Of a stretch of DNA of 64,000 nt, positions 9,481 through 19,731 are shown piece by piece (position 1 is the first letter of the stretch; the number at the start of each line of letters is the position of its first letter). The notes beneath the pieces were generated by a model that searched no databases, was not told where the DNA came from, and saw only the letters and a program-made list of their open reading frames with translations. The stretch covers positions 736,001-800,000 of the forward strand of contig OZ242383.1 in the NCBI GenBank assembly GCA_965209155.1. The letters run 5' to 3'. Source of the DNA: a bacterium (GTDB lineage: Bacteria; SAR324; NAC60-12). The position numbers were made by a program, and so were the translations under genes.

Positions 9481-11844
9481 CTAGAACAGACCACTGATCG
9501 TGAAGTTGAATTTGTCGGGAGATTCTCCAGGGCGCCGGTCCAGTTTTTGTCCGAATTCGAATCGTAAAACCCCAATGGGAGTGATCAGGCGTACGCCGAT
9601 TCCGGTGCTTTGACGGAGGTCGAAGAATTCTGGTTTTTTCTTGCCCAGAAGGGCATATTGCACCGATTCCGCGTTGACGTTTCCCGCGTCATAAAAGACC
9701 ACTCCCCGGATGTTACTGACCGGGTCGCTCTCCAACGGAAAAACGAGTTCCAGGTTAAAGATTCGTTGAGAAATTCCCCCCTCTTCCAATTCGGCGTTTT
9801 CTTGCATCGCATCGTCCGTGTTTTTCCGATAGGGGCCGGCAATGGAGCCAAAATCGTGTCCTCGAACCGTACTGATACCTCCAATGCGGTAACGATCTTC
9901 ATTGGGGATTCTGGTACTTCCGATTTTTTCCAGATATCCCAAACGAGCTTGAGCCATCATGATCAGGGTGCGATCATTGTTGAGCGCCCAAAACTGCCGG
10001 TAGCGAAAGCTATATTCACGGGACTGAGTATTCCCTCCCAAAATCGCGCCACCAGTCTGCACCACAACGAAACGGGTATTGATACCGGCATTTGGAAAAA
10101 TAGGATGATTTTGCGTACTGTACGTGAGTGATGGCGCGAGGGATCGTTTGTATACGTCAGGAGCATCCCCGGTAAATTTTCGATCGACCATGCTGTAGCG
10201 TGTGGAAAATCGTAAATGACGAATAAGGGGATAACCAACGGACAATGAAAAACTGTGTTCCGTCCGGTCACTTTCCGGATTCGAAGCACTGGCGATGTTC
10301 TGACGGGCCAGCGAGACGGAGGATGAAATCCGGGTACCCAGGACCCAAGGTTCCGTGAAAGTCACGCTGAAATTGTTCTGTATTCCTTGCTGCGCAATAT
10401 CAACATCGAAGCGCAACAACTGCCCTCTTCCAAAAAGATTGATTTTCGAAGCAGAAACGCCTGCGGATAATTTAGACACTTCACTGTAACCCAATTGCGC
10501 CTGGAACGTGCCGGTTTGCGCCTCTTTTAAGGCCACAATGACGTCCAGAATATTGTCTTCTTCCTCGGTGGGTTCTTTTTCAAGGACCAATCCGGGTTCA
10601 AAAAATCCGAGCCTTTCCAGGTTTTCCTGGCTCTCTTTCAGTTTCTTACCATTATAGAGCTCTCCTTCCTTGATCTCGAATTCCCGGCGCAAGACGAAAT
10701 CCCGGGTTTCCACGTTTCCGGAAAATTCAATGCGTCCGATGTAGGCTTTTTCCTTTTTGTCGATGTGGTAAGTGACGTGAACCAGACGATTTTCTTCATC
10801 AACACGAGTCCGAGGGGTCACCTGCGCAAAGGCGTAGCCTTGCTCTTGTTGGACTTCACTCAAAATCACTCGGTCCTGATTTTGAAGAAAGGGATTGTAA
10901 ACCCCTCCTTCTTTTAATTCCAACATCGCCAGTAGCAATTCCTTGTCTTCGAGGAACTCTCCGCTGATATCGACTTTCCCGGTGTAAAACCGTCGCCCTT
11001 CATTGATCTCGAGATAAACCTCGAGGCGGCTGAATTCAGGATTGCGAAAGAGGAGCACTCGGGGTTTTTCAATGAAAACCTCGATGAAACCTTCGGCAAG
11101 ATAATTCTGGGAGATCAATTCGAGGTCGTGATTGACTCGCTCTTCTTGAAAAACTCCCGATTCATTGATCCAGGAAAAACAATCGATCTCCGCACTGGAG
11201 ATGAAGCGTTTGATTTCCAGTTCCGAAAAAAATCGATTGCCTCGCGTATGGATGTCGGTGAGAAAAACTTGGGGAGTTTCTTCGATAACGAAATCGACTC
11301 GATAATTTTTTTCCGAAATGGCTTCGCTGCGTGTGGAGACTCTGGTACGGACGTATCCTTTTTTGCGGTAGAGGTTCCGGATGATTTCCTCATCTTTTTT
11401 GATTTTTACCGGATCATAAATGCCTTTGTCTTTAGTTTGTATTGCCTCCTCGAGTTCTGCTTCGTCTATCAAATCAGCACCACTGAATCGAAGAGTCTGG
11501 ACGCGAGGGCGTTCCGTCACCACAAAGCGTAGCAGGAAGCCCGCTTCCTGCTGCTCAGTCTCTACTCGAACATTGTGGAAGAGTCCCATTTGATAAATGT
11601 TTTTGATATCCTGGATGATCCTTTGCCGGTCGATGGTCTGACCCATGCGACTTTCGAGCGTGACGAGGATTTGCGAGGCATTCAATTCAGACGTGCCGAC
11701 CACTTCGATTGCGGAAATAAGCGATTCTTGCGCCCTGCCGTGACTGGTTGCGATTAAAAATAGCGTGAGCGTAAAAAGTACGCTCAACATTGAAATCCGG
11801 ATGCGAGGTCTCCGGATAGTAAGCTCAGTTGTGATCAGGATCAT
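9481..11844 (-). CDS. bamA: Outer membrane protein assembly factor BamA
   Basis: POTRA-like repeats (GNVETRDFVLRRE, LERLGFF), VRG(H)D loop-6 motif, C-terminal FNFTISGLF. Confidence 0.93.
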   Translation of the reverse strand: MILITTELTIRRPRIRISMLSVLFTLTLFLIATSHGRAQESLISAIEVVGTSELNASQILVTLESRMGQTIDRQRIIQDIKNIYQMGLFHNVRVETEQQEAGFLLRFVVTERPRVQTLRFSGADLIDEAELEEAIQTKDKGIYDPVKIKKDEEIIRNLYRKKGYVRTRVSTRSEAISEKNYRVDFVIEETPQVFLTDIHTRGNRFFSELEIKRFISSAEIDCFSWINESGVFQEERVNHDLELISQNYLAEGFIEVFIEKPRVLLFRNPEFSRLEVYLEINEGRRFYTGKVDISGEFLEDKELLLAMLELKEGGVYNPFLQNQDRVILSEVQQEQGYAFAQVTPRTRVDEENRLVHVTYHIDKKEKAYIGRIEFSGNVETRDFVLRREFEIKEGELYNGKKLKESQENLERLGFFEPGLVLEKEPTEEEDNILDVIVALKEAQTGTFQAQLGYSEVSKLSAGVSASKINLFGRGQLLRFDVDIAQQGIQNNFSVTFTEPWVLGTRISSSVSLARQNIASASNPESDRTEHSFSLSVGYPLIRHLRFSTRYSMVDRKFTGDAPDVYKRSLAPSLTYSTQNHPIFPNAGINTRFVVVQTGGAILGGNTQSREYSFRYRQFWALNNDRTLIMMAQARLGYLEKIGSTRIPNEDRYRIGGISTVRGHDFGSIAGPYRKNTDDAMQENAELEEGGISQRIFNLELVFPLESDPVSNIRGVVFYDAGNVNAESVQYALLGKKKPEFFDLRQSTGIGVRLITPIGVLRFEFGQKLDRRPGESPDKFNFTISGLF

Positions 11845-12569
11845 GATTTTAAAGGCAGATTTTGGTTCTTAGAAGGAAATTGGATGGGATGCAGCAGTCC
11901 ATCCGCAAGTTCGTACTGAAAATCCATGCTGGTCGCCAATGTGGGATTGTGGGTGATCACGATCAGAGTGATCCCATACTCTTTGTTGAAGTGGAGCAAC
12001 AAATCCACAATTTGTTGTCCCGTCTCCTGGTCCAGATTTCCTGTCGGTTCATCCGTCAGTAGAATTTTTGGAGAATTGGACAAGGCACGAGCAATTGCCA
12101 CTCTTTGTTGCTCTCCTCCCGACAACTGAGAGGGTTTGTGATTAAAACGTCCGTTCAATCCAACTTTTATTAAAAGTTCTTTTGCTTCTTTTCGAGCAAC
12201 TTCCCAGGGTTTGTGATTGATGCGCAGGGGCATGATGACGTTTTCCAAAGCAGTGAAGTCTTGCAACAAGTGATGGAATTGAAAAACAAACGCGACCTTC
12301 TCATTGCGAAAACGAGCGATTTCCTCTCTCCTCATTTGCGAAAGTTCTTTTTCTTCTATTCTGATTTCACCCGAATCGGCTTTATCCAGGCCACCGAGAA
12401 GGTGAAGAAAGGTGCTTTTGCCCACACCCGAGCTTCCCACGATAGCAAGGGTTGCCGCTTTTGGGACCCGGAGGGTCAGTCCTTTGAGGATGCGAAGAAT
12501 GCGACCTTCTCCGTCATGGTAACTTTTATGCAGGTTTGTCACTTCAATTTGGATATCTTCCCTGGTCAT
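11841..12569 (-). CDS. lolD: ABC ATPase, LolD-like (lipoprotein release)
   Basis: GSSGVGKST, FVFQFHHLL, LSGGEQQRVAIARAL, DEPTGNLD; coupled to bamA. Start chosen at ATG 12569. Confidence 0.8.
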   Translation of the reverse strand: MTREDIQIEVTNLHKSYHDGEGRILRILKGLTLRVPKAATLAIVGSSGVGKSTFLHLLGGLDKADSGEIRIEEKELSQMRREEIARFRNEKVAFVFQFHHLLQDFTALENVIMPLRINHKPWEVARKEAKELLIKVGLNGRFNHKPSQLSGGEQQRVAIARALSNSPKILLTDEPTGNLDQETGQQIVDLLLHFNKEYGITLIVITHNPTLATSMDFQYELADGLLHPIQFPSKNQNLPLKS

Positions 12570-12739
12570 TTTGTAATAGTGAAGGCGATTTTCCCCGTCA
12601 TCCGGTAGAAATTTCAAATTGGGAAACGATTATGAGGCCTACCTCAACCCCTATTGCGTTTCTGCAATAAAAAAGATCTCCTCGGGTTGACGAATTATTA
12701 TTGATGTAAGTGGAACAACCATATCGCCGTGCCAGTCCA

Positions 12740-13990
12740 TTAAAAAGCAGGTAATTTTTTAGGAATGAGCTGCTTTTTCAAACGTCCATACTGCGGAATT
12801 CCGGCAGAAAAAGGAGGAAAGTCTTCTCCTTCGATCAAAGGGCGGCAATATTTGATAAAAGCTTCAGTGATGTCGAAACCGTCTGAACTGATATAGGAAT
12901 CAGGGAGCAATTTTTCTTGATTGGCAATATTCTCAGCGTCCGTATGAGCGACGCTCCAGCGATACGGATCATCGTTTTCCCTGACCAGGATGACCATCTG
13001 ACCATTCAATTGTTCTTTGGCTATCGCCACTGCATGCTGTCCACAAGCAATCGCCTGTTCGAGGTCCACCCGGGAAGACAAGTGCCTGCCGGATCGTTGA
13101 CAGTAATCCAAAACAGCACCATGGGTTTTTAATCCCAAATTTTCTTTGATCAGAGATTGAACTACCTGCGCAACGCCTCCCAGTTGGACATGACCGAATT
13201 GGTCGGTCGATCCGCTTTCGGAAAGAAAACGGCCATCCTCTCCTTTGCTCCCCTCCGAAACGGCAACCACGCAAAATCCATGGCGTGAGACGACTTCTTC
13301 CACTTGAAGCAGGAATCGTTTTTCAACGAACGCTCGTTCCGGGAGCAAGATGAGATGAGGGGGATCGTCTCGCTCACGACGAGCCAGGGCGGTCGCAGCG
13401 GCAATCCAGCCTGCATGCCGGCCCATTGTTTCCATCACAAAGACTTTGGTAGAATCCCGGTACATGGACGCCACATCGATACCTCCTTCCAATATCGAAA
13501 TCGCATTGTATTTTGCAGTGGAACCGAATCCAGGACAATTGTCGGTGACGGGAAGGTCATTGTCCACGGTTTTGGGTACGCCAATAGCGATCAACTCATA
13601 TCCCATTTTTCCGGCAATTCGACTGACTTTGCAGACAGTATCCATGGAATCATTACCACCATTGTAAAAAAAATAGCGAATGTTGTGGGCTTCCAGCACC
13701 CGGACGATTCTTTCAAATTCATGACGATTTTTTTCCAAATCCGGCAGTTTGCGGCGGCATGATCCCAATGCCGCCCCCGGGGTGTAGCGCAATGCTTCTA
13801 CCGTCTGAGGGGACTCTTCCTGTAAATCAATCAAATTTTCCTCGAGGATACCATTGATACCCTGAAATCCACCATAGATTTTGTCGATGAAGCCGGCTTT
13901 CATTGCTTCAGTAATCACACCATATGCAGAACCATTGATGACACTGGTAACTCCCCCTGATTGAGCATAAACCGCATTTCCTTGTAGCAT
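12740..13990 (-). CDS. pfp: Phosphofructokinase, probably PPi-dependent
   Basis: QSGG, GGNDSMD (Asp at the specificity position), PKTVDND (Lys), MGRHAGW. Confidence 0.85.
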   Translation of the reverse strand: MLQGNAVYAQSGGVTSVINGSAYGVITEAMKAGFIDKIYGGFQGINGILEENLIDLQEESPQTVEALRYTPGAALGSCRRKLPDLEKNRHEFERIVRVLEAHNIRYFFYNGGNDSMDTVCKVSRIAGKMGYELIAIGVPKTVDNDLPVTDNCPGFGSTAKYNAISILEGGIDVASMYRDSTKVFVMETMGRHAGWIAAATALARRERDDPPHLILLPERAFVEKRFLLQVEEVVSRHGFCVVAVSEGSKGEDGRFLSESGSTDQFGHVQLGGVAQVVQSLIKENLGLKTHGAVLDYCQRSGRHLSSRVDLEQAIACGQHAVAIAKEQLNGQMVILVRENDDPYRWSVAHTDAENIANQEKLLPDSYISSDGFDITEAFIKYCRPLIEGEDFPPFSAGIPQYGRLKKQLIPKKLPAF

Positions 13991-14211
13991 TTTTCTTCTG
14001 AATAAAGCGAGATGGTTAACGGGATTTCCTGTCCTTCTTATCAGTTCTGCCCGCTTGTTTACTCATTCTCTATGCCAATGACAAGTTTTAAATCCATCGA
14101 TCGTGGATTTGAAGTGGTGCTGTTAACAGCGATGCGCTGCGGCATTTCTGTCTTTTTGGGGTAGAGAGGTTGAGGACGGCTTGTGCGACAAAATGAAATT
14201 TTGATGCCTGT

Positions 14212-14613
14212 TTATTCAGATTTCATCACCAAACGTGTCCATTTGTGAATCCGGTGAATGGCAGCCTGCATTGACATGATCACATCTTCCGTGTTGAGAG
14301 GTTTTTCAAAATAGTCCGTCGCTCCTGCTTTCAGGCATTCAATGACCCTTTGTTTGTTGCTATATGCAGTCATAATGAACACTTGAATCAAACTATTGAA
14401 TCCTTTGATAAAGCGTAACAGATCAATTCCGGACATTCCCGGCAATTGTAAATCGGAAATCACGATATAAAAATCTTCTGATTCAATCAATTCCATTGCT
14501 TCTTCCGCCGTATGAGCAGCCACTACGTCATGACCCAGTTCATTTAAAATTTCACACAACAACAGTGTCATGTTTTTGTCATCATCCACTAATAGAATTT
14601 TCGTGTATTCCAT
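14212..14613 (-). CDS. Single-domain response regulator (receiver)
   Basis: LLVDDD, SDLQLPGMSG, MTAY, KP motifs. Confidence 0.9.
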   Translation of the reverse strand: MEYTKILLVDDDKNMTLLLCEILNELGHDVVAAHTAEEAMELIESEDFYIVISDLQLPGMSGIDLLRFIKGFNSLIQVFIMTAYSNKQRVIECLKAGATDYFEKPLNTEDVIMSMQAAIHRIHKWTRLVMKSE

Positions 14614-14931
14614 TGCTCTTCGACGATTGACGTGATTTTACTCCATCAGACTTTTCTTCAAAATTCAGTCTTTTATCAGAAACAGGGATTGCGTATCTTT
14701 CTGTTCAGTGAGGAGTAACTGTTCTTTTTTAAAAATTTATTCCATGAATTTTTCATTTGCAAGATTTATACAAAAGTTGAACTTCCCATCGATCTGCAAG
14801 GTGAAAATGCGAAGGAATCCGCAAAAAAAGCTTCTCCCACTGCAAAACATTTAAACTTTCAACTACAAATCGAGATTGTTATCTTATCCCCGAATGGATG
14901 AAGAGTCACCTGCCTGTTCAAATTGCAATCC

Positions 14932-16074
14932 ATGAAAGCCAGATACGACCCCTTGTTGAGTTTTTGTATAGTGAGCCTGACGTTGTTTGGGACGGTAATG
15001 ATCTACAGCACCAGCGCAGTTTATGCCGAACTGCGTTTTGATACGAGTGGGTATTTCCTGAGGGCACATTTGCTCCATCTCCTGCTTGGATACATTGCCT
15101 TGTGGATCGGGATGCGCATGAATTACTTACTTTGGGAAAAAATGATCCCTTCATTGATGTTGTTCATGCTGTTGTTGCTCGTCCTGGTATTGATTCCGGG
15201 CATCGGACACGAAGTCAATGGAGCGCGCCGGTGGATTCGTTATAATGGAATTGGCATTCAGCCTGTTGAAATCCTCAAGATTGTTCTGATTTTTTATGTC
15301 TCCTCCTACCTGGGACGTAAACAGGAAATTCTGGACTCATTTTTTCGAGGAATCAGCCCGAATTTTATAGTAATCAGCATTTATTTGTTTCTTGTCCTGC
15401 TACAACCCGACTTTGGTACGGTAGTTTTGATTGCGCTTAGCGTGTTATTGATGATTTACGCAGGAGGCGCCAAGCCAATTCATATTTTTGGCAGTGTGCT
15501 TGGATTTTCCATAATTTCCCTGTTGCTGATCGTCAGCCAATCTTACCGGTTACGACGTTTGTTGACCTATCTCAATCCATGGGATGATCCCTTGGATTCG
15601 GGATTTCAAATTATTCAATCTTTCATTGCTTTGGGGACAGGTGGTTGGTTTGGCAAGGGATTGAGCCAAAGTCTACAGAAATTATTTTTTTTACCGGATG
15701 CCCACACTGATTTCATTTTTGCCATCATTGGTGAGGAGCTCGGCTTTTTGCGAGTATGTGGTTTGATTGGCTTATTCGGGATCTTCATCTGGCGAGGTTA
15801 TCAAGCCTCCCGCCATGCCAGAGACCACTTTGGCCGGCATGTCGCTTTTGGAATCACCACTTCCATCAGCTTGCAAATTCTTCTCAATTTGTTTGTGGTA
15901 ACCGGTTTGCTTCCCACCAAAGGACTTCCGCTTCCTTTTATCAGTTTTGGTGGAACTTCATTGGTGGTGACACTTTTTATGGCAGGGCTGCTTTTGAATA
16001 TCGGAAAGGAAATGGTCCCCCGGCATCACAGGGAATCACCAAACTCCTTTTCCAAGAAACCGATTTATTACTGA
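14932..16074 (+). CDS. ftsW: SEDS peptidoglycan polymerase FtsW
   Basis: NGARRWI, QPVEILK, QPDFGT, LPDAHTDFIFAIIGEELG, PTKGLPLPFISFGGTS. Confidence 0.93.
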   Translation: MKARYDPLLSFCIVSLTLFGTVMIYSTSAVYAELRFDTSGYFLRAHLLHLLLGYIALWIGMRMNYLLWEKMIPSLMLFMLLLLVLVLIPGIGHEVNGARRWIRYNGIGIQPVEILKIVLIFYVSSYLGRKQEILDSFFRGISPNFIVISIYLFLVLLQPDFGTVVLIALSVLLMIYAGGAKPIHIFGSVLGFSIISLLLIVSQSYRLRRLLTYLNPWDDPLDSGFQIIQSFIALGTGGWFGKGLSQSLQKLFFLPDAHTDFIFAIIGEELGFLRVCGLIGLFGIFIWRGYQASRHARDHFGRHVAFGITTSISLQILLNLFVVTGLLPTKGLPLPFISFGGTSLVVTLFMAGLLLNIGKEMVPRHHRESPNSFSKKPIYY

Positions 16075-16348
16075 TAGTCGGACTTGCTCTTGAAAAATAA
16101 TTTCAGTGAGGCCTCTGGTGGCAGAAAAACCGAGTTGGCGACAAACGAATGGGTATGGGTTGAGATTACAAATCGCAAAAGTTGTTGACAACTCCTGAAA
16201 AATCGTTAAAAATCGGGCAGGTTTTAATGAAGTTCGCTCTCTTATCAAAAGGGTGAGGAGTTCAGAATATGGTGATCTTTTCCCATAAAATCCGGGCTTG
16301 CTTAAAAACTAAATCTAAAATCTGCGTAAAGGAGGTAGAAGTTTCAAT

Positions 16349-16852
16349 ATGAACGATGATATTGCGTCTGCTCATGTAAATAAAGTTGCCTTGGAAAACA
16401 GGGATGACAATCAAGAAATCAGCTTTGGTGAGAAGATGTTGAAGTGGAGGGAGGACACAGGGTTGACTCGTAAGGAACTGGCACGCAAACTCAATGTTTC
16501 CCTGACTGCGGTTAAAAATTGGGAAACCGGTCACTCGACTCCCAAATTGACGAAATATAGTGAAATCGCCAAAGTTCTCAACATCAGCGTGAAAGAGATG
16601 GGATTGGACGCCAATTTGGATTTGACGAAAATTGGAGACCGCATCAAATATGCCCGATTGCTCCGTGGTATGTCGATCGAAGCCTTTTCTTATGAATTCG
16701 GTTTTGCCATCCAAACGGTAAAAAGCTGGGAATCCCATACTGCTGAAGTCACTGAACCTTCCCTGGAACGTATTTCGAGAGCCTTGAACATCCCGAGCCA
16801 TTTCTTTGACATCGAATCCAATCCTGAACAGGTATTGGAGAGTATCTCTTAA
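16349..16852 (+). CDS. Regulator with two tandem XRE-type HTH domains
   Basis: GLTRKELARKLNVSLTAVKNWETG and GMSIEAFSYEFGFAIQTVKSWES; aaggagg RBS upstream. Confidence 0.85.
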   Translation: MNDDIASAHVNKVALENRDDNQEISFGEKMLKWREDTGLTRKELARKLNVSLTAVKNWETGHSTPKLTKYSEIAKVLNISVKEMGLDANLDLTKIGDRIKYARLLRGMSIEAFSYEFGFAIQTVKSWESHTAEVTEPSLERISRALNIPSHFFDIESNPEQVLESIS

Positions 16853-17084
16853 ATCACGCCTTCTGATGCGCTTCCTGCGGAGAAGTCCGCTCCCCTGGCA
16901 ATTCTTTTGAATTCCTTTTTTGGTATCAATCTCTTCTCAACCACGAGGAATTCATATTTCGTCATTCCTGACGAATATTGCGCAAATGCCATTGCTCCCC
17001 AAAACGAAAAATTGGGATCATTTTTCGTTCATGCAATCTTCATGTATTCCTGGAACGCATATTCGCGGAATCTCTCTATTTTTA

Positions 17085-17120
17085 GAAACTGTTTGAAATA
17101 AGTTGAGCTTCCAACTGGGG
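17085..17120 (+). mobile_element. Orphan IS5-type terminal repeat
   Basis: tta|gaaactgtttgaaataagttgagcttcc; near-identical to 22464-22500 and sharing the TIR of the MITE at 27725. Confidence 0.55.
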
Positions 17121-17121
17121 A

Positions 17122-17961
17122 GGGGTCTGGCTTGAAAATTTGGAAAAGTAGCGTTATTTTTTTCTTCAAATCGATTTGACTTTCCTTTTCGCTTGTTTCT
17201 GAAGATGGCTCGTCAACCACGCCTTTACTATCCTGATGCGCTTTATCATGTGATGCTTCATGGCAATGGAGGGCAATCCATTTTTTTCAGTCCCCCCGAC
17301 TATCGACCATTTTATTGCTCCAAGAAGGTTCCCAACGCTTTGATCACCGGATTCATGTCTTTTGTTTAATGAGCAATCATGTTCCTCCCTGTTCTCCACC
17401 TCTTTCAGGACGGATCATTCATCAAGTGGCTCGAGTTTATCAATTACCGGAGCAGGAATTAACCCGAGTTCGACATAAATCTTCAATAATAGGAGAATCC
17501 TGGCGTATATGTCATTTCGGGCGTAGACCCGGAATCCAGGGGACTTTGCGATAAACTCGATTCCCGATTGAGAGGGGTGGACTGATTCGATACCCTGGAT
17601 TCCTGATCTGAGCGAGGAATGACACAAAGTCATACTGGATTCCTGGTCGCAGCCAGGAATGACATTTTCCGGCCAGGCACAAAAGCGTACTGGATTCCTG
17701 GTCAAGCCAGGAATGACACGGTTCCTCTGCGGTTATGAAAGTCGAGTGAAGTCTGTACGATGATTGGCCTGTTGGCTTTCGATTGAAAGTCCGCCACGAT
17801 TCGGGAGGTCGGAAACGTTTTCAATCGAGATGATTCGACGATCCGCTTTGCAGTGTACCGCTTGAGACGACGATTGAAGGAATCCGAGGGACTCCAAAAT
17901 CAATCAGAGGAACTGAAACGTCAAATACTTGCTTGAAGTTTAAACTTTCAAGCCTTACCCC
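17122..17961 (+). mobile_element. Non-autonomous TIR-bounded Y1 (RAYT/TIRYT-like) transposase remnant, copy 1
   Basis: Imperfect TIRs ggggtctggcttgaaaattt...aaactttcaagccttacccc. Decayed reading frame MARQPRLYYPDALYHVMLHGNGGQSIFF...HRIHVFCLMSNHV from 17205 with the core deleted, then C-terminal HTH ATIREVGNVFNRDDSTIRFAVYRL...QILA*. Confidence 0.85.
17461..17719 (+). repeat. Nested MITE end, REP doublet and 3 palindromic units
   Basis: aacccgagttcgacataaa end, tgtcatttcggg...cccggaatccag, then three tggattcctg..caggaatgaca units (17596-17719). Confidence 0.85.
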
Positions 17962-18137
17962 ATTTAGAAAATTCTAACCTTCAGATAAAGATTGTGATGA
18001 TATTCTTTATGGCAATCACAATGCGCGATATTGATACATTTTGATACAAAAAATAACTGTATTGAAATGAATTTTGACCTCCTTTTTGAAATAATATATT
18101 TGATGTTTGACTCAATTTATGAGGAAAGGAGGAATCG

Positions 18138-18605
18138 ATGTTACAAGTTTTAAGCGACACAATTGAGGATTTGCACCCCATAACGGCTCATTTTCCGATT
18201 GCCCTGCTTGTTATCAGTGTGGGATTGAGTGTTGTGACACGATTCAAACCCTATGGCAACTTGCAAGAATCGTCTTGGCTTTTATTATGGATTGGCACGC
18301 TGGGGGCGCTCATTGCCAGTGTCACAGGGGTGATCTCTCATTTCCCCTACGAATCAACTGATTTACATGATGTCATTGAAATCCATCAAATGTGGAGTTT
18401 TGCGGTTACTATTTTTTTCGCCGCCCTGACACTCTGGCGCTGGCGTACTCGTTTAAAGGGGACTGATGCGGGAAATTCCACTTACTATGTCATCCTTGTT
18501 TTGATAGGGCTGATCGGATTAATTATGTCTGGTATGACTGGTGGAGATTTAGTTTACGACCATGGAATTAACGTCAGGGGAGTGAATCCTTTATTAGGTC
18601 TGTAA
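18138..18605 (+). CDS. DUF2231-like membrane protein
   Basis: LHPITAHFPIALL, four hydrophobic segments, GGDLVYDHG; strong aggagg RBS. Confidence 0.8.
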   Translation: MLQVLSDTIEDLHPITAHFPIALLVISVGLSVVTRFKPYGNLQESSWLLLWIGTLGALIASVTGVISHFPYESTDLHDVIEIHQMWSFAVTIFFAALTLWRWRTRLKGTDAGNSTYYVILVLIGLIGLIMSGMTGGDLVYDHGINVRGVNPLLGL

Positions 18606-18627
18606 AAAAAGTCAGGGAGTAATTGAA

Positions 18628-18834
18628 ATGGAAGTATTGGATTTGGCATTGCGATATATGGAAATATTTTATGCAGGGAGAAACGTCAACACATTGCGTC
18701 CCTTATTGGAGACGGTCAGAACCGTGGGCCAAAAGCTTGTACAAACCATTGGACACCACAAGGTACCTAATTTTTTCTGGGGCCATGGCCAGGGGAATCG
18801 GGGACCTGAAGATCGGCCCACTCCCAGATCCTGA
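18628..18834 (+). pseudogene. Truncated gene; N-terminus resembles SnoaL/NTF2-like proteins
   Basis: RBS gggag plus MEVLDLALRYMEIFYAGRNVNTLRPLL, after which the sequence changes character. Confidence 0.3.
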
Positions 18835-18964
18835 TGAGTGACTGGAGCGTTCCTTTGATCCATTTTGAAGAAATGACTCCAACTCTTGAAATAAATGGTG
18901 CGTTTATAAAAAATTGTAGTGCCAAGTGCTGAAGACTACACGCAAATGGGTTACCCTGATTTGT

Positions 18965-19013
18965 GGACGGAAAAGTGTTTTTTTTCTTGGAAATTCCTCT
19001 AATGAGTGACCCC
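18965..19013 (+). repeat. Dispersed ~48-bp element end terminating in tgacccc
   Basis: ggacggaaaagtgttttttttcttggaaattcctctaatgagtgacccc; a second copy lies at 62034-62081. Confidence 0.7.
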
Positions 19014-19079
19014 GTTTTAGAATTGTTTTCTGCATCTGTGAGAGCAGGTAAGAGACCAAAATCAAAGAAGTAGTGACAT

Positions 19080-19472
19080 CTAAACGTTCTCATAGGAGAG
19101 TATATAGTGATGTCCACCAGACTCATCGACATCTATTGTCATTGATCCCTTAATACCTGTCATCTCCTCTATGCCCGTACCCGGTACAACTTCGAGGATG
19201 AGTGAATCCTTTCCATCTTCCATTTTGCCACAGTGCATGAGAGTGAATGCACCCTTCTTGCCATCAAGCTCGCCTTGAAATCGCTCAATGACGACATAGC
19301 CGCCGTTACCTTCTGCTGGTGAGCCTATACTGCTGAGCATCTCTCCATAACTATGTCCACTTAGTGCGCCATCAAAAGTCTTGTCTATTGTCATTCGAGC
19401 ACAACCCTCTTGGTTTTTAAAGAATTCTTTCGGTTTTAAATCTGGATTAAAAGTGCCTTTTGCTGTTTTCAT
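19080..19472 (-). CDS. DUF3224-like protein
   Basis: IDKTFDGALSG, GYVVIERFQGELDGKKGAFTLMH, VVPGTG..EMTGIKGSMTI. Confidence 0.8.
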   Translation of the reverse strand: MKTAKGTFNPDLKPKEFFKNQEGCARMTIDKTFDGALSGHSYGEMLSSIGSPAEGNGGYVVIERFQGELDGKKGAFTLMHCGKMEDGKDSLILEVVPGTGIEEMTGIKGSMTIDVDESGGHHYILSYENV

Positions 19473-19731
19473 ATTGTTTCTTCCATGCTTGTTATATCCT
19501 AAGTTGAGCGATTCGTAATAAAAAAAGCTCCAAACCTTGGAAAAAATGTGTTATATTTCAGTGGCTAACACAAAAACATTCACAACATCTAACACATCCC
19601 AACAGGTAGAAATCTTTATGGAAAAAGATATAACAGTTCAGGATAAAAAGAAACAGATAATTGATACCATTCCGCCAACCACTGACTGGCGGACTTTCAT
19701 TTCTTCGCGTAAGAGGAAGATCTGGTAAAAA

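Noticed and set aside
17962..19731. Classical integron cassette array
   Set aside because: No IntI gene, cargo genes are in mixed orientation, and I could not identify convincing attC R''/R' box pairs.
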